Made by a program: the position numbers and the translations under genes
Notes under the pieces: model-generated
Databases searched by the model: none
Told to the model about the DNA's origin: nothing
The model's input: the letters and a program-made list of their open reading frames with translations, nothing else
Assembly: GCA_965214405.1 (NCBI GenBank)
Contig: OZ243956.1
Location: forward strand, 3,712,001 to 3,776,000
DNA: 64,000 nt
Origin: Trueperaceae bacterium
GTDB taxonomy: Bacteria > Deinococcota > Deinococci > Deinococcales > Trueperaceae
Reading direction: 5' to 3'
Shown here: positions 10,601 to 18,309 of the stretch, one piece after another
Layout: each line of letters opens with the position of its first letter
How positions within the stretch are numbered: position 1 is the stretch's first letter

Positions 10601-11197
10601 ATGATTGCCTTTTTGGACGGCGTCGTCGCCGAGGTGCGCGACTCGAGCCTCATCCTCCAAGCGGGGGCGTTCGGCTTAGAAGTCTTCGCGCCCAAACCCA
10701 CCCTGATGGTGTGCCGACCCGGCGAGGCGCTGCGGCTCCACACGCACCTGGTCGTCAAGGAAGAACTGCTGGCGCTCTACGGCTTTCACGACGCGGACAT
10801 GCACCTGCTTTTCACCTACCTCATCGGCGTCTCGGGCATCGGCCCCAAGGGCGCGCTGGCGATGCTCTCGGCGATGCCCACGACAATTATCGCAGCGGGC
10901 ATTTTGCAGGGAGACGCGGGGCTTTTGGCGGGCGCGCCGGGCATCGGCAAAAAAACGGCGGAGCGGATTATTTTGGACCTCAAAAACAAGCTCCCCGAAC
11001 ACCTCATGGCGGCCTCGGGCGGGACGGTCAGGCCCAAGGCGATTCTGTCGGAAGCGGGCGCGGACGCGGTCGAGGCGCTCCTGGCGCTCGGCTACCGCGA
11101 GACGCAAGTGAAAATGACCGTCGCCGAACTCGCGCTTAAAGAGCCCGAGAGCACGCCGGAAACGCTTATTCGCAAGGCGCTGGCAAAGTTGCGCTAA
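10601..11197 (+). CDS. ruvA: Holliday junction branch migration protein RuvA
   Basis: LYGF, VSGIGPK, PGIGKKTAERIILDLK, ALLALGY. Confidence 0.96.
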   Translation: MIAFLDGVVAEVRDSSLILQAGAFGLEVFAPKPTLMVCRPGEALRLHTHLVVKEELLALYGFHDADMHLLFTYLIGVSGIGPKGALAMLSAMPTTIIAAGILQGDAGLLAGAPGIGKKTAERIILDLKNKLPEHLMAASGGTVRPKAILSEAGADAVEALLALGYRETQVKMTVAELALKEPESTPETLIRKALAKLR

Positions 11198-11236
11198 GAA
11201 CGAGACTCACCAGTTTGGCTTACAGACAAAAATACA

Positions 11237-11268
11237 AGGCTCCTTCAGGTAAAGAAGGAGCCTCTTGT
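11237..11268. terminator. Probable bidirectional intrinsic terminator
   Basis: aggctccttc / gaaggagcct 10-bp stem between convergent ruvA and ald. Confidence 0.75.
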
Positions 11269-11278
11269 TGTGCAGTGG

Positions 11279-12406
11279 CTAGGCGTGAACCGCGCGCCCC
11301 GCCAACGCCTTTTCTGCTGGGATGGCCTCGAGCCCAAACGCCTCACCCACCGCGTCGTAAGTCAGGTTCCCCTGGTGGGTATTGAGCCCCTTGAGCAGCG
11401 CGGGATTTTCCGGAAGCGCCTTCACGCCTTTTTCTGCGAGTTGCAAAGCGTAGGGCAGCGTCTGGTTGGACAACGCAGTAGTGCTCGTGTTGGGCACCGC
11501 GCCGGGCATGTTGGCGACGCCGTAATGCACCACGCCCCCCACCACGTAGGTCGGCTCGTCGTGGGTGGTGGGGCGGATTGTCTCAATGCAGCCGCCCTGG
11601 TCCACCGCCACGTCAACGATGACGCTGCCCGGCTTCATCGTCTCCAACATCGCCTCGGTCACGAGATGCGGCGCCCTAGCGCCCGGAATGAGCACCGCGC
11701 CGATGAGCAGGTCCGCCTTGGGAATAACGCTTGCAACGTTACCGGGGTTGCTGGCGAGCGTGCCTAAATGTCCGCTGAACACGTCATCGAGGTACTGAAG
11801 CCGCGCGTGCGAGATGTCCAAAATGGTCACGCGCGCGCCCAAACCGAGCGCAATTTTGGCCGCGTTGGTGCCCACCACGCCGCCACCCAGAATCACGACC
11901 TCGCCCGCCCCCACGCCGGGCACGCCGCCCAAGAGCACGCCGCGGCCTCCCAGAAACTTTTCTAAGTGATACGCCCCCACCTGCGGAGCCATCCGCCCCG
12001 CTACCTCACTCATGGGGGTGAGTAAAGGCAAACTGCCGTTAGGAAGCTGCACCGTCTCGTAGGCGATGGCGGTGGTGCCGGAGTTGAGAAGCGCCTCGGT
12101 TAAAGGGCGGTCGGCGGCTAAGTGCAAATAGGTAAACAGCAGCAGGTCATCGCGCAAAAAGCCGTACTCTTTTTTGACCGGTTCTTTGACCTTTAGCACC
12201 ATCTCCTGCGCCCAGGCCTCTCGAGCGCCCTCCACCAACGTCGCGCCCTGCGCCTCGTACTCGCTGTCCGCGAAGCCGCTGCCGACGCCCGCGCCCTCCT
12301 CCACAAAAACCTCGTGTCCTGCCGCGACGAGCGCGTGGACGGTGCCGGGGGTGGCGGACACGCGGTACTCGTGCTTTTTGACCTCTTTGGGGATGCCTAT
12401 AGTCAC
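11279..12406 (-). CDS. ald: Alanine dehydrogenase
   Basis: IGIPKE, KVKEP, FTYLHLAA, PMSEVAGR, DQGGC, VANMPGAV; GTG 12406 with SD aaggag. Confidence 0.95.
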   Translation of the reverse strand: MTIGIPKEVKKHEYRVSATPGTVHALVAAGHEVFVEEGAGVGSGFADSEYEAQGATLVEGAREAWAQEMVLKVKEPVKKEYGFLRDDLLLFTYLHLAADRPLTEALLNSGTTAIAYETVQLPNGSLPLLTPMSEVAGRMAPQVGAYHLEKFLGGRGVLLGGVPGVGAGEVVILGGGVVGTNAAKIALGLGARVTILDISHARLQYLDDVFSGHLGTLASNPGNVASVIPKADLLIGAVLIPGARAPHLVTEAMLETMKPGSVIVDVAVDQGGCIETIRPTTHDEPTYVVGGVVHYGVANMPGAVPNTSTTALSNQTLPYALQLAEKGVKALPENPALLKGLNTHQGNLTYDAVGEAFGLEAIPAEKALAGRAVHA

Positions 12407-12495
12407 GTCGTCTCCTTTACCCTCCAGTTTAATGCAAAGAGGTCTGCAAGGTGTGGATAAACACACGGATGACGGGACAACGGTGGAGGGCGGGG

Positions 12496-13014
12496 CTAGG
12501 GGGTGGGCTCGAGCCCAAATTCGCTTCTGCGCTCAGTCCCGTCTATAGAAGCGCTTCCTCTATATACCGACATATCACCCGCGGGCGGGTCGTTGTAAGG
12601 AAGATAGGGGAGGTAGGTAGCGCCTAGCCTCCACGTTGACCCGTCTAGTTCAAAGGACGCTTGAAAATTTGTCGGCGGGAGCGGCGACGTCAGCGCGTAT
12701 ATATAACCGGCACCTGAATATCCAGTGCCGCTGATGGGCGCAAACGCACTCCCGCCGACGCTCACGTCTCCCTCGAAAGTGTAAACGTAACACTTCCCCT
12801 CCCCTTCGTCCTCACACTCGGCGGTGAGGTTGACGAGCTCGAGCGCCACATCTTGACCCGCTGGAACGTTGAAGATGGTGCCTGACCAGTTCCCGCGGAG
12901 CACGCTCGGGTCGGTACCAAAGGGTAATTCGGTAGGAGGCGGAGGCTCGGGGTCCGTTTGACAGGCGGTCAACGCCAAAAGAACGGAAAGCACCGCAAAA
13001 AACGATTTTTTCAT
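12496..13014 (-). CDS. Hypothetical lipoprotein
   Basis: Lipobox LTAC; leaderless TAAAAT 7 nt upstream. Confidence 0.7.
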   Translation of the reverse strand: MKKSFFAVLSVLLALTACQTDPEPPPPTELPFGTDPSVLRGNWSGTIFNVPAGQDVALELVNLTAECEDEGEGKCYVYTFEGDVSVGGSAFAPISGTGYSGAGYIYALTSPLPPTNFQASFELDGSTWRLGATYLPYLPYNDPPAGDMSVYRGSASIDGTERRSEFGLEPTP

Positions 13015-13027
13015 GCGCCTGATTTTA

Positions 13028-13966
13028 TCATCCCCACACGCGGAGCAGCTTCATCCTACCTTCATGATTCTCGGCCACCGCGACAAGGTCTTTTTCTTCA
13101 TCGACCAAACCGACGCGCCCCTCAAAGATTAGTCCCAACCGCTGCCCCTGCCTGACCCGCGCCACGTCTGCGTTGGAAAGCGTGACGAGCGGATAGGGGA
13201 GGGCGTCGGCGTTGGAGACGCCCTGAGTTTCGGGAACGGCTTCTAAAGAAACAGCCCCCTCGAGCCCACACGCCCCCGCCCGCGTCCTAACCAGGGCACT
13301 CAGGTGCGCGGGAACACCCAAGGCTGCGCCTAAGTCTCGAGCAAACGCCCGCACATACGTACCCGCCCCAACGCTCATGAAAAAGAGCGCGGTAGGAAAG
13401 TCGCCCAAGGTCTCGGGTAAGGCGAAGGTTACGCCTCGAGGGTTGGGCCGCCAGCCTCCCTCCGGGGAGAGGCTAAACGTTACCGGCAAGTCGTCCCGCG
13501 TTCCCCCGAAATCTAAGAGTTTAATGCTGTGGTAGGTCGCGGGGCGCGGGGGAAACTCTAAAGCCTCCCCCTTCCGCGCCGCCTCGTAGCCCTTGACGCC
13601 GCCTTTTTTTACCGCTGAATACTGTGGCGGCACCTGCTCGGTGAGGGTGAGAAAGGGCTCGAGCACCCCCTCAATTCGCTCCTTTGTAAGATGTAACGCG
13701 TCCCCCTCCGCTTCAATCGGCCCCTCCGCGTCCAAGGTCTTTGTACCCGCCCCAAACGACACCCACGCCAGATAGTCCTTGTCCGAGGCCGTGAGAAATG
13801 GGGAGAGTTTGGTTGCCTCTTCTGTGAGCAGCACGAGCACGCCCGTGGCGAGCGGGTCGAGCGTGCCCGCGTGGCCGACGCGCTTCGTACGGAGGAGCTT
13901 GCGCGCCCGCGCCACCACGTCGTGCGAGGTGAGGTGGAGAGGTTTATCAACGATGTAAACGGGCAC
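13028..13966 (-). CDS. truB: tRNA pseudouridine(55) synthase
   Basis: DKP...TSHDVV, VGHAGTLDPLATG, PPQYSA.K, GTYVR; start at GTG 13966. Confidence 0.95.
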   Translation of the reverse strand: MPVYIVDKPLHLTSHDVVARARKLLRTKRVGHAGTLDPLATGVLVLLTEEATKLSPFLTASDKDYLAWVSFGAGTKTLDAEGPIEAEGDALHLTKERIEGVLEPFLTLTEQVPPQYSAVKKGGVKGYEAARKGEALEFPPRPATYHSIKLLDFGGTRDDLPVTFSLSPEGGWRPNPRGVTFALPETLGDFPTALFFMSVGAGTYVRAFARDLGAALGVPAHLSALVRTRAGACGLEGAVSLEAVPETQGVSNADALPYPLVTLSNADVARVRQGQRLGLIFEGRVGLVDEEKDLVAVAENHEGRMKLLRVWG

Positions 13967-13967
13967 T

Positions 13968-14330
13968 TCAGGTTCCAGGAAACGTGGGACTAGGCGGTAC
14001 GTTGTTGACGCGCTGCACCCATTGTAGTTTGCCCGCACTAAAGCGCGCGACGTACTCGTACCATTCGCCCTCGAGCCGGTCGTAAAAGCGGAGGTCGCCG
14101 TGGTAGAGCAGGCATTCATCCCACTCCTGCACCACGACGAGCCGAAACCCAAGGGGGGACGCCTCATCTTCTTGCGATTCATAGCGTTTGGCGTGAAGAA
14201 CGAGCCGCCCCTCTCTGGTGATGCTGTAGTCGTCCAGGGCGCAAGCTAAGTCCTTGGTCTGAAACGCCGCGTCTTGGGCCTCGGCATCGGGCAAGGGGTA
14301 GTAACAGCGCACGTGGTCAAACATACCCAT
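13968..14330 (-). CDS. Hypothetical protein
   Basis: Compact 120-aa ORF (MGMFD..C..PLP...FQTKD..C) ending 1 nt before the truB start. Confidence 0.65.
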   Translation of the reverse strand: MGMFDHVRCYYPLPDAEAQDAAFQTKDLACALDDYSITREGRLVLHAKRYESQEDEASPLGFRLVVVQEWDECLLYHGDLRFYDRLEGEWYEYVARFSAGKLQWVQRVNNVPPSPTFPGT

Positions 14331-14374
14331 AACCCATATATTCTAGCAGAAAGCAACCTTGTTCGTGTATACCC

Positions 14375-14403
14375 TTGACAAAATGTTGTAGATATACAAC
14401 AAT
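14375..14403 (+). promoter_or_regulatory. Sigma70 promoter with operator palindrome TGTTGTA-N4-TACAACA
   Basis: TTGACA 14375-80, 17-bp spacer, AACAAT 14398-403; inverted repeat at 14384-14401. Confidence 0.75.
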
Positions 14404-14435
14404 ACGTTTTAGAAAGAGAACGAGAGGAGGCGAGA

Positions 14436-14705
14436 GTGCCCAATGACAAACTGACCATCTACAACCGGCTGTCGGTCCTGCGCGCAGAGCGTGAGTTGTC
14501 TCGCCAGGAACTCGCCGACGCGATTGGCGTGAACTATCAGACGATTGGCTACTTGGAGCGCGGCGACTACAACCCGAGTCTGGAGTTGGCTTTCAAGCTG
14601 AGTGAGTATTTCGGCCTACCTATCGAAGTCATCTTTTCGACTAAACCCCTCAAACCCCTTAGTGAAGCTCTTATGGAGCTGAGAGAAAAGGAGAAAGCAG
14701 CATGA
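14436..14705 (+). CDS. XRE-family HTH transcriptional regulator
   Basis: NRL..LR.ER.LS.QELA..IGV..QTI..LERG.YNPSLELA; SD gaggagg. Confidence 0.92.
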   Translation: MPNDKLTIYNRLSVLRAERELSRQELADAIGVNYQTIGYLERGDYNPSLELAFKLSEYFGLPIEVIFSTKPLKPLSEALMELREKEKAA

Positions 14706-15184
14706 AACAACTCGTTTCGCCTATCGGTACACTCGACCTGAGCCGCACCGTTCGCAGAGCCCTTGTTACCCTGATGTACGGCGTCTACTTCGGACTCATC
14801 GTGTACTGGAGCTATTTGCCCAGTGACATGCCCAACGCCCAACTCGCCGTTGCCCAGTGGTTGACCCTAGCGGGCATCGCCCTCTTCGCCATCAGCTACC
14901 TAGTTCTCAACGTTTCGACTCGAGGCTTAGCCGACCGCTACACAAAAACCTTTACAAGCCAATCCCTAGACGAGCGCCAGCTCCTCCTTCGCAATCAGGC
15001 CTACTTTTGGGCCTACCTCATTCTCGGCGGGGTCATGTTCCTCCTTTTAGCCCTCGTTGACACCCTCGGCGTCGGCTGGACGCTCATTGCTTTGGGCGGC
15101 CTCTACACGTCTCTACCGACCGCGCTTATTGCCTGGCTCGAGCCCGACCCTATCACCGAAGATACTTTTAGGAAAGGGAATTAG
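14702..15184 (+). CDS. Membrane protein, LDERQ/WLEPDP paralog 1
   Basis: About 4 TM helices, LDERQ, WLEPDP; ATGA overlap. Confidence 0.8.
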   Translation: MKQLVSPIGTLDLSRTVRRALVTLMYGVYFGLIVYWSYLPSDMPNAQLAVAQWLTLAGIALFAISYLVLNVSTRGLADRYTKTFTSQSLDERQLLLRNQAYFWAYLILGGVMFLLLALVDTLGVGWTLIALGGLYTSLPTALIAWLEPDPITEDTFRKGN

Positions 15185-15185
15185 C

Positions 15186-15626
15186 ATGACAAGGTTACAG
15201 CGCCGTATCCTGGTCGTTTTGTTCGGTGGCTCGGTTGTTCTGTTTTCAGAAATACTCGACTCGAGCCTAGCTCCAACGTTTCATGCGGTTGCCGTCGTTC
15301 TCAGCATCTTGCTGTTTGCCCTGCTGCTGTACGTCACAAAAGCGCTCGCGTTCAAGTCGGTCAGCAAGTTGGACGAGCGCCAACTACAGGTGAGTCTAAA
15401 GGCGCAGCAGCGAGGACTCGGCTTTGCAACGACGCTTATAGTCCTGAGCCTGTTACGGCTGCTGGTCAAAACAAGGTCATTCGGTCCGAACATGAGCGTC
15501 AGCGTACCTGTTTCGGATGTGGTTTTGTGGCTTTACCTGCTGCTTGCGTTGTCTACTTGCGTCATTGCCTGGACAGAGCCCGACCCCCTTACAGAAGACG
15601 CTTTTGAAGAAAGGACTTTAGCATGA
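15186..15626 (+). CDS. Membrane protein, LDERQ/WTEPDP paralog 2
   Basis: ATG 15186 follows the previous stop; LDERQ, WTEPDP. Confidence 0.8.
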   Translation: MTRLQRRILVVLFGGSVVLFSEILDSSLAPTFHAVAVVLSILLFALLLYVTKALAFKSVSKLDERQLQVSLKAQQRGLGFATTLIVLSLLRLLVKTRSFGPNMSVSVPVSDVVLWLYLLLALSTCVIAWTEPDPLTEDAFEERTLA

Positions 15627-16075
15627 TGGCAAGCAGGTCGGTGCGGCGCGTTCTGGTCGTCTTTTACTATCTCACTCTGTTCGCGCTTTACCCGCTCCTC
15701 GCCGAGTGGTTGGGCATCCTCGCGGTGGTGCTCTTTTTGGTTCTGTCCCCCGCGAGCGCCAAGGGCACCGAGCTGCTGAAAGCTTACAACCAGGAAGATA
15801 TGAAGCTCGATGAGCGGCAGGAATCGCTCGTCAAAGACGCTTTTGTCACTGCTTACCTGCTGTTCGCGGGTCTACTCATCGCGACGAGTTTTGCCAACAT
15901 CTTTTTGGATACTGCGCCCGCTTGGATACTGGTGCTCAACGACCGGCTAATTTTCGGCCAACTCTTTAGCTTTAGAGTTTTGCTGCTCCTGGCCGTGACG
16001 CTGCCGCCCGCGGTCATCATGTGGCTCGAGCCCGACCCCGTCCGGGATGACGTTTTTGAAGGAGTCCGTCAATGA
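15623..16075 (+). CDS. Membrane protein, LDERQ/WLEPDP paralog 3
   Basis: LDERQ, WLEPDP; ATGA overlap. Confidence 0.8.
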   Translation: MMASRSVRRVLVVFYYLTLFALYPLLAEWLGILAVVLFLVLSPASAKGTELLKAYNQEDMKLDERQESLVKDAFVTAYLLFAGLLIATSFANIFLDTAPAWILVLNDRLIFGQLFSFRVLLLLAVTLPPAVIMWLEPDPVRDDVFEGVRQ

Positions 16076-16485
16076 ACCCGACCCAAAGAACCCGCCGCAT
16101 CCTCGTCGTTGCGAGCGTGCTGCTGTATGTGCTCATTTTTATCCCGAGTCTGACCAGCTTTGCCTTTATTGGCGCTGTTGTCGTGGCGCAGATTGCGCTT
16201 TTTGCCTACGCCGGGCACGTCGGCAGGCACACCGCCGTCGCTGCCGACGAGACCTTAGACGAACGCCAGCGCGCCATTAAGCAGCAGGTTTTCCAAAGGA
16301 GCTACCACGTCATCATGGGGCTCGCGGTTTTTCTGTTGGTGATGGGCGGTCTTATGAGGGTGGATTGGTGGGTTGTTATTGCCTTTCTGGTGCTGGTGCT
16401 CACCTTACCGACCTACATGCTGTTATGGCTCGAGCCCGACCCGCCGGAGGACGAGACAATACCGAGTATGAAGCAAGCAGCCTGA
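16072..16485 (+). CDS. Membrane protein, LDERQ/WLEPDP paralog 4
   Basis: LDERQ, WLEPDP; ATGA overlap. Confidence 0.8.
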   Translation: MNPTQRTRRILVVASVLLYVLIFIPSLTSFAFIGAVVVAQIALFAYAGHVGRHTAVAADETLDERQRAIKQQVFQRSYHVIMGLAVFLLVMGGLMRVDWWVVIAFLVLVLTLPTYMLLWLEPDPPEDETIPSMKQAA

Positions 16486-16570
16486 GCGTTTCGGCCTCCA
16501 TCTTTGGATAGAAGCCTTTTTCATCCCGGTATGAGATACTCGGCCTCATGACGAAGGAGAGTGATAGGGA

Positions 16571-18154
16571 ATGAAGAAAATGGTTCTGTTTGTGGCGACG
16601 CTTCTACTTGGCACCGCACTCGCGCAGGACGCGCTTCTCGGCGACTGGCAGGGCGCGATTGGGCCGGGTACGCTGGGTTTGGGCGTCACCGTGCATTTCA
16701 CGCAAGGAGAGGGCGGGCTAAGCGGGACGATTGACATTCCGGCGCAGGGTGCGCAGGGGCTCGAGCTTGATGTTGCGGACGCGTCAAATGAGAGCGTGCG
16801 CTTTATCATCCAAGGCGTACCTGGCAACGCGACGTTTGACGGCAGCTTGAATGGCGATACGCTGTCCGGCACCTTTACGCAGGGCGGGCAGACCTTTCCT
16901 TTTACGCTTTCCAGAGTTCAAGCCGCCGCGACGGAGGGCGCAGCAGGTGGTGCGGGAGAGGTCACGGGAGGTGCGACAGGCGGCGCTGCGGGTAGCGTAA
17001 CGGGTGGCGCGTCAGGAGGCGTAACAGGAGGTATGACGGGTGGTGCGGCGGCGATGGACGCCAGGGGGGCGCTCGAGCGTTTTCTTACTACTAGGCCAAT
17101 TCAGGCCGACTGGTTTGCAGAAAGCTTTTTGGCGGAAGTTCCGCTGTCGCAGCTCGAGCCCGGCTTGAAAAGTATCACTGACCAGCTCGGAGTTTATGAA
17201 GGGGTAGAGGGAAATAGCAGCCCCTTCACCGTGAGGTTTAGCCGGGGCACGGCAGCCGCGCATATCTCACTGGACGCGCAAGGGCAAATTGATAGACTGC
17301 TCTTGACCGACCTTAACTTTGGCGGTTTGGACGAGACCGTCTCCCGAATAGCGGCGCTCCCCGGTCAAACGAACGTACTCGTCCTCAAAAATGGCGAGGA
17401 GGTGGCGTCGCACAACGCGGACACGCCGCTCGGCGTCGGCTCGGCCTTTAAGCTCGCGGTGCTCGCCGCGCTGCAAGACCAGATCGAAGCGGGCACGCAC
17501 GCGTGGGACGAAGTGGTGGAGCTAAAAACCGAGTGGAAGAGTCTGCCGAGCGGCATTTTACAAAACTGGCCCGACGGCACGCCGCTGACCCTGCAAACGC
17601 TCGCCACGCTGATGATCTCGGTAAGCGACAACACCGCGACGGACGCGCTCATTCACGTTGTGGGGCGCGAGGCGGTAGAGGCGAAGGGTGCGCGTAACCG
17701 GCCCTTTTTAACCACGCAAGAGCTTTTCAAGCTCAAAGACCCGCAAAACAGCGCTCTGTTGGAGCGTTATCTGACAGGCGATGAGGGAGCCAAACGTGCG
17801 GTTTCAACCCAGTTGGCGGACCTTCCTCTCCCCAATGCCGCGGTCTTTGCGGGCGCGCCCCTGGCTTTGGAGGTCGAATGGTTCTTCACGCCCGCCGAAC
17901 TCTGCACGCTCATGGGAGAGGTGCAGGCGCTCCCGCTCATGAGCATCAACTCCGGCGGCCTCGCTAATCCGGCGGACTGGGGGCGAATCGCCTTTAAGGG
18001 AGGTTCGGAAGCGGGCGTTCTCAACCTGACGACGTGGCTTACCGGCAAAGACGGTGCGTCCTACTGCGTCACCGTGACGCAGAACAACCCCAACGCTCCG
18101 GTGGAGGAGGAGCTTTTTACGCTTTACAGTGGGCTGATTGGGGCGCTCGAGTAG
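16571..18154 (+). CDS. Secreted serine hydrolase, class A beta-lactamase/PBP-like fold, with extra N-terminal domains
   Basis: Signal peptide; SAFK (SxxK), SDN and KGG motifs; Gly/Thr linker. Confidence 0.82.
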   Translation: MKKMVLFVATLLLGTALAQDALLGDWQGAIGPGTLGLGVTVHFTQGEGGLSGTIDIPAQGAQGLELDVADASNESVRFIIQGVPGNATFDGSLNGDTLSGTFTQGGQTFPFTLSRVQAAATEGAAGGAGEVTGGATGGAAGSVTGGASGGVTGGMTGGAAAMDARGALERFLTTRPIQADWFAESFLAEVPLSQLEPGLKSITDQLGVYEGVEGNSSPFTVRFSRGTAAAHISLDAQGQIDRLLLTDLNFGGLDETVSRIAALPGQTNVLVLKNGEEVASHNADTPLGVGSAFKLAVLAALQDQIEAGTHAWDEVVELKTEWKSLPSGILQNWPDGTPLTLQTLATLMISVSDNTATDALIHVVGREAVEAKGARNRPFLTTQELFKLKDPQNSALLERYLTGDEGAKRAVSTQLADLPLPNAAVFAGAPLALEVEWFFTPAELCTLMGEVQALPLMSINSGGLANPADWGRIAFKGGSEAGVLNLTTWLTGKDGASYCVTVTQNNPNAPVEEELFTLYSGLIGALE

Positions 18155-18309
18155 CGCCTCGTGCAAGAAGTGAGTAAGATATGCGTGGTCGCAGTCGTTT
18201 GAAGGAAGGTTTCTTTGTGTTTGTGCTGGAGGATTTTTTAGAGAAGCTGCAAGTTCGCTAGAGAAATCTCGCGCATCGCGCCAAGGCTTGGGCGGCCTAT
18301 ACTTTTCTT

